Positions 8,386-18,158 of a stretch of 64,000 bases of DNA are shown piece by piece. Below the pieces are notes generated by a model, which saw only the letters and a list, made by a program, of their open reading frames with translations, did not search any database and was not told the DNA's origin. Positions within the stretch are counted from its first letter, which is position 1, and each line of letters opens with the position of its first letter. The position numbers and the translations under genes were made by a program. This stretch comes from Candidatus Marinacidobacterium sp. (GTDB lineage: Bacteria > Acidobacteriota > Vicinamibacteria > Marinacidobacterales > Marinacidobacteraceae): NCBI GenBank assembly GCA_965220965.1, contig OZ244852.1:2016001-2080000 (forward strand), given 5' to 3'.

Positions 8386-10254
8386 CTACGGGGCGGGGGC
8401 GGGAGATCCGGCTGGCCGCGCCGCGTCGCCGGAAGCGTCTCCCGGATCCGGGGCCCGCTCCGGGTGGAGCCGGGAGTGGAGCTTCGCGGCGAGCGCCGGG
8501 CCCACGGCGCGGGCGAGTTCCGCCTCGGGGGCGCGGGCCACATCGCGCAGGCTGCCGAACCGGCTCAGCAGCGCCGCCCGGCGGCGGGGGCCGATCCCGG
8601 GGACGGCGTCGAGCGCGGAGCGCAGGGTCTCCGCCTTCCGCGTCCGGCGGTGGTAGGTGATCGCGAACCGGTGCGCCTCATCGCGCGCGCGCTGGAGAAG
8701 CTGGAGCGCCGGGGAGTTGCGGGAGAGGCGGAGCGGGTCCGGCGCTCCCGGCCGGAACACCTCCTCCTCGCGCTTCGCGAGCCCGATGTGGGGGATGTGG
8801 CTCAGGCCCAGATCGTGGAGCGCCGCCGCCGCCGAACCGAGCTGGCCCGGACCCCCGTCCACCAGGATCAGGTCGGGCAGCTCCTGCCCCTCGGTGAGGA
8901 CCCGGCGGTAGCGGCGCAGGACAACCTCCTTCATCGAGCGGTAGTCGTCCGGCTTGCCGGCGACGCTGCGGATCCGGAACCGGCGGTACGCCGAGGGCAG
9001 CGGCTCCCCCCGCTCCAGGACGACCATCGACGCCACGACCTGCCGGCCCCCCAGGTTCGAGATGTCGAACGCCTCGATCCGGCGCGGGTCAGCGGCGAGG
9101 TCGAGCGCCTCGCGGAGCGCCTGGACCCGGCGAGCCGCCTTCTTCCCCGACTCGGTGAAGTCCAGATCGAAGGCGATCCGGGCGTTGCGCGCCACCAGGT
9201 CCACCATCCGGCGGCGGGTGCCGCGCACCGGGACGTGGAGATCCACCTTCCCGTCGCGCTTCTCCCCGAGCCACTCGGCGACCAGCGGGCGGTCGGGGAA
9301 GTCGAAGGGGATCTCGATGCGCGGCGGGATCTCGCGTCCGAGGTCGTAGAACCGCATGAGCGCCGCCTCGAGGAGGCCGCCGTCGTCCACCGGAGGCAGC
9401 TCGCGGAGCGCGAAGCCGTCGCGGTCGACGACCTTCCCGCCCCGGACGAGGAACACCGCGAGATGGGCGCGGTCGCCTTCGCGGTGGAGCCCGAAGACGT
9501 CGAGCGCCCGGTTGCCGGCGCCCGCCATCTTCTGGCGGTCGTTCAGTTCGGCGAGCAGCCGGAGGCTGTCCCGCAGGCGGGCGGCCTCCTCGAAGTTCTC
9601 GGCGTCCGCCTCCGCGCGCATCCGCCGGGTGAGCGACGCGGTCAGCTCGGTCGTGCGGCCCAGCAGGAACAGCCGGGCCGCCTCGGCGGCGGCGCGGTAG
9701 TCGTCCTTCGAGCACACCGAGTCCACGCACGGCGCGACGCAGCGGCGGATCTGGTACTGAAGGCAGGGACGGGGGCGGCGGCCGTTGAGCTGCTCGCGGC
9801 AGTTCCGGATGCCGAACAGCCGGTGGGTGAGGCTCATGCTCCGCCGGGCGAGGCTCGCCGGGAACCAGGGCCCGGCGTAGACCGCCCCATCGTTGCCCGC
9901 GCCGCGGACGATGTGGACCCGGGGGTACTCCTCGTTCATCGTGAGCCGCACGAGCGGCGGGTTCTTGTCGTCCCGGAGGAGGACGTTGTAACGCGGCTGG
10001 CGCGTCTTGATGAGGTTGTTCTCGAGGAGGAGCGCCTCCCGGACCGAGTCGGTGACGACGACCTCGATGTCCTCGACGCGCGAGAGCAACCCGTCCTTGC
10101 GCGCATCCTGCGGCGAACTGCGGAAGTGCGACAGGACCCGGGCGCGGATCGAGGCGGCCTTGCCCACATAGAGCGTCTCCCCTTCCCGGGACCGGAACAG
10201 GTAGACGCCCGCGCTCTCCGGGAGGCGGGCGATCCGGGCGTCGAGACCGGGCAA
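8386..10254 (-). CDS. uvrC: Excinuclease ABC subunit C
   Basis: GVYLF...LYVGKA (GIY-YIG), PRYNVLLRDDK, four-Cys cluster, UVR coil, RIEAFDISN, LILVDGG, RDEAHRFA and HhH PGIGP. Start uncertain: TTG 10254 or ATG 10350. Confidence 0.95.
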   Translation of the reverse strand: MPGLDARIARLPESAGVYLFRSREGETLYVGKAASIRARVLSHFRSSPQDARKDGLLSRVEDIEVVVTDSVREALLLENNLIKTRQPRYNVLLRDDKNPPLVRLTMNEEYPRVHIVRGAGNDGAVYAGPWFPASLARRSMSLTHRLFGIRNCREQLNGRRPRPCLQYQIRRCVAPCVDSVCSKDDYRAAAEAARLFLLGRTTELTASLTRRMRAEADAENFEEAARLRDSLRLLAELNDRQKMAGAGNRALDVFGLHREGDRAHLAVFLVRGGKVVDRDGFALRELPPVDDGGLLEAALMRFYDLGREIPPRIEIPFDFPDRPLVAEWLGEKRDGKVDLHVPVRGTRRRMVDLVARNARIAFDLDFTESGKKAARRVQALREALDLAADPRRIEAFDISNLGGRQVVASMVVLERGEPLPSAYRRFRIRSVAGKPDDYRSMKEVVLRRYRRVLTEGQELPDLILVDGGPGQLGSAAAALHDLGLSHIPHIGLAKREEEVFRPGAPDPLRLSRNSPALQLLQRARDEAHRFAITYHRRTRKAETLRSALDAVPGIGPRRRAALLSRFGSLRDVARAPEAELARAVGPALAAKLHSRLHPERAPDPGDASGDAARPAGSPAPAP

Positions 10255-10384
10255 GGAGGTCGTGGGAGCGATGGCGGAAAAGGTGGGTCGGCGGAGCGCC
10301 GGCGCGCCGCGTTCGTGAGCGTAGCGGAGGGGTGGAGCGGCGGCGGCCATCCGCGGGGAGGACGCCATGTAGGATGCGCCGCCC

Positions 10385-11356
10385 ATGTCCCAGGCCATTC
10401 GCATCGAGCAGCACGGCGGCCCCGAGGCCCTCACTCTCGGGGACGCCCCCGACCGCAGCCCGGGCCCCGGGGAAGCCGCCGTCACGGTCGCGGCCGCCGG
10501 GGTCAACTTCATCGACACCTACCACCGCAGCGGCCTCTACCCGGTCGCCACCCCGTTCACACCCGGCGTCGAGGGCGCCGGCGTGGTCGAGTCGGTGGGC
10601 GAGGGCGTCACCTCGGTCGCCCCCGGCGACCGGGTCGGCTGGGTCATGCAGCTCGGCAGCTACGCCGGGCGCGCCGTGCTCCCGGCGGACAAGCTGGTTC
10701 GCCTGCCGGAGGAGGTCTCCGAGGAGCAGGCCGCCGCCGCACTCCTCCAGGGGATGACCGCGCACTACCTGGTCCGGTCCACCTTCCGGGTGCAGTCGGG
10801 GATGCCGGTCCTGATCCACGCCGCCGCTGGCGGCATGGGGCTGCTGCTGTGCCAGATGTGCCGCAACCTCGGGGCCCGGGTGTTCGGCACCGTCTCCACC
10901 GAGGCGAAGGCCGAGGCGGCGCGGGAGGCGGGGGCCGACGTGGTGATCCGCTACACCGAGACGGACTTCGCCGAAGCGGTCTCGGCGGACCTGGGCGAGG
11001 AAGGGCTCGCCGTCGTGTATGACGGAGTGGGCGCCACCACCTGGGAGCGCAGCCTGGGGCTGCTCCGGCCCCGGGGGATGCTCGTCCTCTACGGCAACGC
11101 CTCGGGACCGGTGCCCCCGATCGACCCGCTGCGGCTGTCGCAGGCCGGATCGGTCTTCCTCACCCGCCCGACGCTCGCCGACTACGTGCGGACGACGGAC
11201 GAGCTGCGCTGGCGCTCCGGCGAGGTCCTCGAGGCGGTGGGCGCCGGGAAGCTCCGGCTGACGATCGACCGGGAACTGCCGCTCGCCGAGGCGGGGGAGG
11301 CCCACCGGCTCCTCGAGAGCCGCGCCACCTCGGGCAAGCTGCTGCTCCGGCCCTAG
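10385..11356 (+). CDS. qor: NADPH:quinone oxidoreductase (zeta-crystallin/MDR family)
   Basis: GVNFIDTYHRSGLY, PGVEGAG, LLQGMTAHYL, HAAAGGMG, YGNASG and GKLLL. Confidence 0.92.
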   Translation: MSQAIRIEQHGGPEALTLGDAPDRSPGPGEAAVTVAAAGVNFIDTYHRSGLYPVATPFTPGVEGAGVVESVGEGVTSVAPGDRVGWVMQLGSYAGRAVLPADKLVRLPEEVSEEQAAAALLQGMTAHYLVRSTFRVQSGMPVLIHAAAGGMGLLLCQMCRNLGARVFGTVSTEAKAEAAREAGADVVIRYTETDFAEAVSADLGEEGLAVVYDGVGATTWERSLGLLRPRGMLVLYGNASGPVPPIDPLRLSQAGSVFLTRPTLADYVRTTDELRWRSGEVLEAVGAGKLRLTIDRELPLAEAGEAHRLLESRATSGKLLLRP

Positions 11357-11426
11357 CCGCGGGAAAGGGGCGCCGCTCGCGGTCCGGTTGCTGCCGGTGA
11401 TCACTCGTCAGGGGGAGGTCGTAACA

Positions 11427-11493
11427 GGCCATATATGGCCGTTAGAGATCGTATGGAGCGATAAAGCGTCACATGAGGCACGCTATAGTGCCT
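11427..11493 (+). promoter_or_regulatory. Putative hipBA promoter/operator (two palindromes)
   Basis: Perfect palindrome GGCCATATATGGCC (11427-11440). Inverted repeat AGGCAC-N6-GTGCCT (11476-11493) enclosing a TATAGT -10-like hexamer (11484-11489). Locally AT-richer patch. Confidence 0.6.
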
Positions 11494-11536
11494 ACCGCCG
11501 CTTCGGTTCCATCACTCCGAAGGACGCCACCCGATC

Positions 11537-11854
11537 ATGGGCGCCATCGTCGCCACCAGCCGGACGCCGGACGTGCTGCGCGAGGTCGGGTCGCGCCTGA
11601 AGGCGCTGCGGCTCCAGCAGAACCGGCGCGTCAGCGACGTCGCCGCCGACTCCGGCGTCAGCTCGCGCACGATCCACCGGCTCGAGTCGGGGCGGCCCAT
11701 CGGGACCGAGAACCTGGTGCGCGTCCTGCGCGCGCTGGGACGGCTGCAGGCCCTCGAGACTCTCGTTCCGGTTCCGGTTGTGTCGCCCTACGACGTCGAA
11801 CGGCTGCGGGGGAAGGTGCGCCAGCGCGCCTCGCGAGGGAGTCGTGGATGGTGA
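11537..11854 (+). CDS. XRE-family HTH antitoxin (HipB-like)
   Basis: LKALRLQQN...DVAADSGVSSRTIHRLESG...NLVRVLRALG HTH; overlaps the start of hipA. Confidence 0.85.
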   Translation: MGAIVATSRTPDVLREVGSRLKALRLQQNRRVSDVAADSGVSSRTIHRLESGRPIGTENLVRVLRALGRLQALETLVPVPVVSPYDVERLRGKVRQRASRGSRGW

Positions 11855-13148
11855 GCTGAGGGTCCGCGTCCGGCTCTGGGGGCGCGAGGTCGGGATGCTC
11901 CGCGAGGAGGCGAACGGCCGCATCACCTTCGAATACGACCCCGGGTTCCGGGCTTCCGGCCTCGAGATCTCACCGGTCCATCTACCAGTGGAGCTCCCGG
12001 GCCCGGCCTCCTTCCCGGAACTGGCGCGGAAGCGGGCCTTTCTCGGCCTCCCGGGCGTCTTCGCCGACGCGCTGCCGGACGCGTTCGGCAACGCCGTCAT
12101 CCGCCGCTACTTCGAGCAGCGCGGGCGGCCGGCGGACGCCATGTCGCCGCTCCAGCGCCTGCTCTACATCGGCGACCGGGCGATGGGCGCGCTCGAGTTC
12201 GCGCCTCCGGTGGATCCGGGTCCGTCAACCGAAGAGGCGCTCGAGGTCCGGGCGCTGGTGGACCAGGCGCGCCGGGTGATCGCGGGGGATGCATCGGTCG
12301 CTGTCCCGGAGATCCTGCAGGTCGGCGGCAGCGCCGGCGGCGCGCGGCCCAAGGCGCTCGTCCTGTGGGACCGGGCGCGGAACCGCGTCCGTTCGGGGTT
12401 CGCCCGGCCCCGTCCCGGCGAGGCGCCGTGGATCATCAAGTTCGATGGCGCCACGCGGGACCCGGCGGGTCCGGGAGTGCGCGCCGGCGGAGGCCCGGGG
12501 CCCTGGGGGCGGGTCGAATACGCGTACTCGCTCATGGCGCGAAGCGCCGGGATCGAGATGCCGGAGACGCACCTGCTCCGCGACCGGGACTTCGCCCACT
12601 TCATGGTGCGGCGCTTCGACCGCGCGCCGGACCCCTCGCGCGGACCGTTCCGGCGTCTCCACTTCCACAGCCTGGGAGGGCTGCAGCACATCGACTTCAA
12701 CGACCAGTACGTCTTCAGCTACGAGGGATGGATCGACACGATCCGAGCCGTCGGGCTCGGGCAGGAGGCGGTGAACGAGGCGTTCCGCCGCATGGTCTTC
12801 GCGGTGGCCACGGTCAACTTCGACGACCACGTCAAGAACCACGGCCTGCTGATGAATCCGGAGGGCCGGTGGCGGCTCGCGCCCGCCTACGACGTGACCT
12901 TCGCGGAAAACGACGCCTGGACCCGCCAGCACCAGATGTCGGTCAACGGCAGGTTCCGGGACATCACCCGCCGCGACCTGCTGAAGGTCGGCGAGGCGTT
13001 CGATGTCCCCGGCGACGGCCGCGACGTGATCGAAGAGGTGGCGGAGGCGGCCCGCGAGTGGCCGCGCCACGCCCGGGCGGCGGATACGCCGGAGGACGTG
13101 ACCGACGAGATCGGTCGGCGGCTGCGCGAGGTCGGCCGGGACCTGTAG
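11844..13148 (+). CDS. hipA: HipA-family serine/threonine kinase toxin
   Basis: Couple_hipA N-domain (VG.L...FEYDP, DALPDAFG), GSAGGARPK P-loop, WIIKFD, RRFDR, NFDDHVKNH catalytic loop and LAPAYDV. GTG start at 11844. Confidence 0.92.
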   Translation: MDGELRVRVRLWGREVGMLREEANGRITFEYDPGFRASGLEISPVHLPVELPGPASFPELARKRAFLGLPGVFADALPDAFGNAVIRRYFEQRGRPADAMSPLQRLLYIGDRAMGALEFAPPVDPGPSTEEALEVRALVDQARRVIAGDASVAVPEILQVGGSAGGARPKALVLWDRARNRVRSGFARPRPGEAPWIIKFDGATRDPAGPGVRAGGGPGPWGRVEYAYSLMARSAGIEMPETHLLRDRDFAHFMVRRFDRAPDPSRGPFRRLHFHSLGGLQHIDFNDQYVFSYEGWIDTIRAVGLGQEAVNEAFRRMVFAVATVNFDDHVKNHGLLMNPEGRWRLAPAYDVTFAENDAWTRQHQMSVNGRFRDITRRDLLKVGEAFDVPGDGRDVIEEVAEAAREWPRHARAADTPEDVTDEIGRRLREVGRDL

Positions 13149-13166
13149 CCGCCGGAGCGGCGTCCG

Positions 13167-14207
13167 CTACCCGGGCGCTCCGCCGGCGAGGGTCCGGAAC
13201 GCGGCGGCGATCTCTTCAGCCGACCGGTTCGCGCCCAGGGCCGCCACCAGGAGCATCCGCGCCTTCAGGCCGTCGAGATCCTCGCCGGAGACCACCCCGA
13301 GCTGGAGGAGTCGCTCGGGCAGGACGACCCGGCCCCCGCCGGTCCGGGTGGTGAACACGACGAGGACTCCGGCGGCCATCGCCGCCTCGATCGCCTCCAT
13401 CGCCGGAGGCGGGACGTTCCCCCGGCCGAAGGTCTCGATGACGAGCCCGCGGACTCCCTGTTCCACCGCGGCCCGCACCGGCCCGGCGCCCCCGCCGGCG
13501 GTGAGGCGCACCAGCTCGACCCGGGGCTCCACCGCAGCGGCCGGCAGATGGACCCGGCGCCTTGGGGTGGAGAAGAGCCACAGCTCGCCGTCGTCCACCA
13601 TCCCCGCCGGCCCGGTGTCCGGGGAGGCGAACGCGTGGAGGGCGATCGAATGCGTCTTCTCCACTTCCCGGGCGGCGTGGATCTGCGAGTTCAGGACGAC
13701 GAGGACCCCGAGGTCGCGGGCGCGGGGCGACGCCGCCAACCGGATCGCATCCAGCAGGTTCCGGGGACCGTCGGTGTCCTCGAACCGGGGCGGCCGCTGG
13801 GCGGCGGCGAAGACCACCGGCCGGCCCGCCGGGAGGAGCAGGTCGAGCAGGAACGCGGTCTCCTCGAGCGAATCCGTGCCGTGGGTGATCACGATCCCGG
13901 CGAGCGCGGGCCGCTCGGCGAACACCTCGGCCACCCGGGCGGCGAGGCCGTGCTGCAGCTCGGGCGTCATCCGGGAGCTGCCGACCCGCAGGTAGTCCTC
14001 GGTCGTGACCGAGGCGACTTCGGCCAGACCCGGCAGCGCCGCCCGCAGGTCGGCGGCGTTCAGCGGCCCGGCGGCCCCGCCGGAGATTGTCCCGCCGGTT
14101 CCGATGAGGTGGACCTGCGGGAGCGGCTGCGCGGCGACGACGACGGAGGGCAGGAGCGCGGCGAGGCCGACACCGGCCATCCAGCGGGAGACACGACGAT
14201 GGAGCAT
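13167..14207 (-). CDS. L-asparaginase with signal peptide
   Basis: IGTGGTI and THGTDSLEET catalytic Thr motifs, DGPRNL, GRGNVP; hydrophobic N-terminus. Confidence 0.9.
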   Translation of the reverse strand: MLHRRVSRWMAGVGLAALLPSVVVAAQPLPQVHLIGTGGTISGGAAGPLNAADLRAALPGLAEVASVTTEDYLRVGSSRMTPELQHGLAARVAEVFAERPALAGIVITHGTDSLEETAFLLDLLLPAGRPVVFAAAQRPPRFEDTDGPRNLLDAIRLAASPRARDLGVLVVLNSQIHAAREVEKTHSIALHAFASPDTGPAGMVDDGELWLFSTPRRRVHLPAAAVEPRVELVRLTAGGGAGPVRAAVEQGVRGLVIETFGRGNVPPPAMEAIEAAMAAGVLVVFTTRTGGGRVVLPERLLQLGVVSGEDLDGLKARMLLVAALGANRSAEEIAAAFRTLAGGAPG

Positions 14208-14317
14208 GGTCGCGGGGTTATACCGGCATTGCCTGCGAACGGAACCCTCGGCTCCGTGGGCCGCATGTTTCCGCTGTCGGACGTAGGATCGGACCCGTTC
14301 AGCCCCGGACCCGAACC

Positions 14318-14560
14318 ATGGCCACCATCACGATCCGCAACGTCAACGAGGATCTGATCGCCGGGCTTCGGGTTCGCGCCGCCGCAAACGACCGCTCGGT
14401 GGAAGAGGAAGCACACGCCATCCTCCGCGACTTCGTCAAGCGCAAGGCGGGTTCCCGAAACCTGGTGAGCATCATCCGCTCGCACTTCGGGCCGGAGCGA
14501 GGCGTGCAGATGGAGTTGCCTCCACGCGGTCCGGGACGCGAGCCACCCTCGTTCGACTGA
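14318..14560 (+). CDS. FitA/Arc-like ribbon-helix-helix antitoxin (no adjacent toxin)
   Basis: MATITIRNV...LRVRAAANDRSVEEEAHAIL...ELPPR..REPPSFD is typical of FitA/StbC antitoxins. Confidence 0.85.
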   Translation: MATITIRNVNEDLIAGLRVRAAANDRSVEEEAHAILRDFVKRKAGSRNLVSIIRSHFGPERGVQMELPPRGPGREPPSFD

Positions 14561-14655
14561 CCGGGTGTCCGCGGCTCGGACGCCGGACTCCAGGACGCCC
14601 GGACCGCGAAGGGCTCGTTCCGCGCGCCCCTTACGGGCGCTCCCGGCCCCGACCG

Positions 14656-15462
14656 TCAGTTGTCGGCGGTGACGATGTGGATCGCCCCGTTCAGGGTGCG
14701 AACCCGGCACTCGCCTTCGCCGTCGCCCAGGCGCACGTGCTTCCTCCGGCGGGTCGGCGTCTCGAGATGCTGCAGCTCCTCGCTCTCGACCACCACGCGG
14801 CCATTCACCGCGCGGGCGTCGACCTGGCCGTTGGCGCCCGGCCCGAAGGCGAGCTCGACCCGGCCGTTCGTGGTCCGGAAGGAATGCTCGGTCCCGGCGT
14901 CGAACCGCTCGAGTTCGCAGTCGATGCCGCCGTTCACGGTCTGGGCGTGCACGCTGCCGTGGTGTCCGCGGAGACGGATGGGGCCGTTCACGGTCTGCGC
15001 CTGGACATCCCCCTGGATGTCCGAGACGGACACCGGCCCGTTCACGCTGTCGATCCGGAGGTCGGCGTTCCGGGGCACGCGCACCTCGTATTCCACCCGG
15101 GCGTTCCCGCCACGCCAGAGGTGGCCGCGCCGGGGGTGAACGGTGCGGACCCGCACGCCGTCGGGCGTCTGATGGATCTCCACCTCCACCTCATCAAGCG
15201 CCGACTGGCTCGACCCGACCTTCCGGGCGGTGATCTCGGCGAGATCGCGCTCCCAGCCGGCGATGACGACCCGGCCGTTCAGGTTGCGGACTTCGAGGCG
15301 GTCACCCGGAGCGAACTCCTCGGTGAACACCTCGGTGCGCTCCGCGCCGGAGCCGGGCTGGAAGGCGATCGCGCACCCGGGAAGCGCGAGAACGAGCGGC
15401 GCGAGCGAGATCGGAGCCCAGCCGCGGGCGGAAAAGGGCCTGGAGAAGTCCGCGCGAGCCAT
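14656..15462 (-). CDS. DUF4097 beta-strand-repeat protein, probable lipoprotein
   Basis: Repeated (T/S)VNG motifs (NLNG, SVNG, TVNG x2, TTNG, AVNG, TLNG) and an LPGC lipobox-like segment. ATG at 15462. Confidence 0.8.
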   Translation of the reverse strand: MARADFSRPFSARGWAPISLAPLVLALPGCAIAFQPGSGAERTEVFTEEFAPGDRLEVRNLNGRVVIAGWERDLAEITARKVGSSQSALDEVEVEIHQTPDGVRVRTVHPRRGHLWRGGNARVEYEVRVPRNADLRIDSVNGPVSVSDIQGDVQAQTVNGPIRLRGHHGSVHAQTVNGGIDCELERFDAGTEHSFRTTNGRVELAFGPGANGQVDARAVNGRVVVESEELQHLETPTRRRKHVRLGDGEGECRVRTLNGAIHIVTADN

Positions 15463-15582
15463 GACGGAAAGGGGGAAACGATGGTCCCCCGCGAAAGGTT
15501 CCGCACGACTCGCGTCAGCCCCGCCGGTATCCTCGGGCGTTCCCCGCCGCGCCCCGCCGCGGCGCCGAACCGGGAGGACCTC

Positions 15583-16779
15583 ATGCCGCATGTCAGCCGC
15601 CACGCCGGAGCCGCCGGCCTCATCCTGCTGCTCGCCGCGGCCGCCTTCGCGCAGGACGACGCCCGGCCGCGCGCCCGCGACATCGGCCTGAGCCCGGGCG
15701 TCCTGCCGACCGGCGTCCACAACGCGATCACCGATGTCCCCGGCGTGCTGGTGGGGCACACCACGCTCATCGAGGGCGACCACATCCGGACCGGCGTCAC
15801 CGCGATCCTTCCGCACGACGGGAACCTCTTCCAGGACAAGGTCCCCGGCGCGGTCCACATCGGGAACGCCTTCGGCAAGCTGGCCGGCTCGACCCAGGTC
15901 ATCGAACTGGGGACCATCGAGACCCCGATCATCCTGACGAACACGCTCTCGGTGTGGGACGCGGCCCGCGCGGTCGTGACCCACACCCTCGGCCTTCCCG
16001 GGAACGAGGGCGTGCGGTCGGTGAACCCGCTGGTCGGCGAGACGAACGACGGCTACCTGAACGACATCCGCGGGCTGCACGTCACCGAGGAGCACGTCCA
16101 CGCCGCGATCCGGAGCGCCTCCCCGGGACCGGTCGCCGAAGGCGCGGTGGGGGCCGGGACCGGCACGTCGGCGTTCGGCTGGAAGGGGGGCATCGGAACC
16201 TCCTCCCGGCGGCTCCCCGAGAGCCTCGGCGGCTACACCGTGGGAGCGCTCGTCCAGAGCAACTACGGCGGCGTGCTCACGATGGACGGGCTCCCGGTGG
16301 GCGAGGAGCTGGGCCGCTTCTACCTCCGGAACCAGCTCGAGGCCGGCGCGGGCGGCGGGGCGGCCGAGGAGAACCCCGACGGCTCGATCATGATGGTCGT
16401 GGCGACCGACGCGCCGATCCGCTCTCTCGGACTGACGCGGCTGGGGCGCCGGGTCATGCTGGGGCTGGCGCGCACCGGGGCGACGTCCTCGCACGGAAGC
16501 GGCGACTTCGTGATCGCGTTCTCGAGCGCGGCGTCGCTCCGCAGCGGGTTCGCGAGCGACTCGCCGCTCGAGGAAGGAGGCGTCCTGCGCGGCGATCGCC
16601 TCTCGCCGCTCTTCCAGGCGGCGATCGAGGCCACCGAGGAAGCGGTCTACAACTCGATGCTCCAGGCGGTCACCGTGACCGGCCGGGACGGCAACACCAG
16701 GGAAGCCCTCCCGCTCGACGACCTGCTCGAAGTGGGCCGCAAGTACAACCGGCTCCACGCGCCGGGCGAGGGCCGCTGA
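15583..16779 (+). CDS. P1/S58 family aminopeptidase (DmpA/BapA-like), exported
   Basis: GGAGG SD and signal peptide. RARDIG, NAITDVPGVLVGH, GETNDGYLND, EGAVGAGTG, KGGIGTSSR, DG|SIM autocleavage site and SHGSGDF. Confidence 0.92.
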   Translation: MPHVSRHAGAAGLILLLAAAAFAQDDARPRARDIGLSPGVLPTGVHNAITDVPGVLVGHTTLIEGDHIRTGVTAILPHDGNLFQDKVPGAVHIGNAFGKLAGSTQVIELGTIETPIILTNTLSVWDAARAVVTHTLGLPGNEGVRSVNPLVGETNDGYLNDIRGLHVTEEHVHAAIRSASPGPVAEGAVGAGTGTSAFGWKGGIGTSSRRLPESLGGYTVGALVQSNYGGVLTMDGLPVGEELGRFYLRNQLEAGAGGGAAEENPDGSIMMVVATDAPIRSLGLTRLGRRVMLGLARTGATSSHGSGDFVIAFSSAASLRSGFASDSPLEEGGVLRGDRLSPLFQAAIEATEEAVYNSMLQAVTVTGRDGNTREALPLDDLLEVGRKYNRLHAPGEGR

Positions 16780-18137
16780 TGTACCGGACGGTGAACCCGG
16801 CCACCGGGGAGACGGTTGCGTCTTTCCCGACCGCGGAGAGCGCCGACATCGAAGCGGCGCTCGACCGTTCGGCGAGTGCGTTCGGGCGCTGGAGGCGCGA
16901 GCCCTTCGCGGTCCGGCGACGCCTCAACGAGCGCCTCGCCGAGGTGCTGGCGGCGAACGCCGGGTCGCTGGCGCGCCTGATGGCGCTCGAGATGGGGAAG
17001 CCGCTCGCGCAGGGAGTCGCCGAGGTGGAGAAGTGCGCCTGGGTCGCGCGCCACTACGCCGAGACCGGGGAGGCGTCGCTCGAGCCCCGGCATCACCCCT
17101 CCGACGGAAGCGCGACCTACACCCGCTACGACCCCATCGGCCCGATCCTCGCGATCATGCCGTGGAACTTCCCGCTCTGGCAGGTGATCCGGGTGGCGGC
17201 GCCGAACGTCATGACCGGGAACCCGATGGTGCTGAAGCACGCCCCATCCGTGCCCCAGTGCGCGCTGCGGATCGTCGAGCTCTACGCCGAGGCGGGCGCG
17301 CCCGAAGGGCTCATGGAGAACCTGTTCCTGACGAACGAAGCGGCGGCCGGGTGCATCGCCGACCGCCGGGTGAAGGGGGTCACGCTGACCGGCAGCTCGC
17401 GCGCCGGGAGCGAAGTCGCCGCGCTCGCCGGGCGGGCGCTGAAGCCGATGGTGGCCGAGCTCGGGGGCAGCGACCCGTTCGTGGTCTTCGACGACGCCGA
17501 CCCCGACGAGGCGGCGGAGGCGGGCGCCGGCGCCCGGCTCATCAACTCCGGCCAGAGCTGCATCGCGGCCAAGCGGTTCGTGGTGCAGAAGAACGTCTTC
17601 GACCGGTTCGCGGCGGCGTTCGAGGCCCGGCTGCGCGCCGCCAGCGTGGGCGACCCGGTGGAACCGGGAACCTCGGTCGGGCCGCTCGCCCGCGAAGACC
17701 TGCGCGACCGCCTCGAAGACCAGGTGGAGCGCGCGGTGGCCGGCGGCTCGGACCTCGCCTTCCGCGGCGAGGCGCCCTCGAAGGGGTTCTTCTCGGCGTG
17801 CGGGATGCTCGCGGGCGCCCCGCCGGGGTCGCCGGCGGCCTCCGAGGAGCTCTTCGGGCCGGTGGCCACCCTGATCCCGTTCGGCGACGAGGCGGAGGCG
17901 GTGGCCATCGCGAATGACACCGCCTACGGGCTCGGCGCCTCGGTGTGGACCTCGGATCCGGGGCGCGCCGAGCGGATGATCGGCGGGATCGAGGCCGGCG
18001 CGGTCTTCGTGAACGGGATCACCAAGTCCGACCCCCGCGTCCCCTTCGGCGGCGCCAAGGGCAGCGGCTTCGGCCGCGAGCTGGGCCCCGACGGACTCAT
18101 CGAGTTCACGAACCGCAAGACCGTCTGGATCCGCTGA
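16779..18137 (+). CDS. NAD(P)-dependent succinate-semialdehyde dehydrogenase (Sad/GabD-like)
   Basis: EMGK, IMPWNFP, LTGS, ELGGSDP, NSGQSCIAAKRF, EELFGP and PFGG.K.SGFGRE. TGATG overlap with the upstream gene. Confidence 0.9.
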   Translation: MYRTVNPATGETVASFPTAESADIEAALDRSASAFGRWRREPFAVRRRLNERLAEVLAANAGSLARLMALEMGKPLAQGVAEVEKCAWVARHYAETGEASLEPRHHPSDGSATYTRYDPIGPILAIMPWNFPLWQVIRVAAPNVMTGNPMVLKHAPSVPQCALRIVELYAEAGAPEGLMENLFLTNEAAAGCIADRRVKGVTLTGSSRAGSEVAALAGRALKPMVAELGGSDPFVVFDDADPDEAAEAGAGARLINSGQSCIAAKRFVVQKNVFDRFAAAFEARLRAASVGDPVEPGTSVGPLAREDLRDRLEDQVERAVAGGSDLAFRGEAPSKGFFSACGMLAGAPPGSPAASEELFGPVATLIPFGDEAEAVAIANDTAYGLGASVWTSDPGRAERMIGGIEAGAVFVNGITKSDPRVPFGGAKGSGFGRELGPDGLIEFTNRKTVWIR

Positions 18138-18158
18138 CCGGCCCGGACGGGCGCCGGG

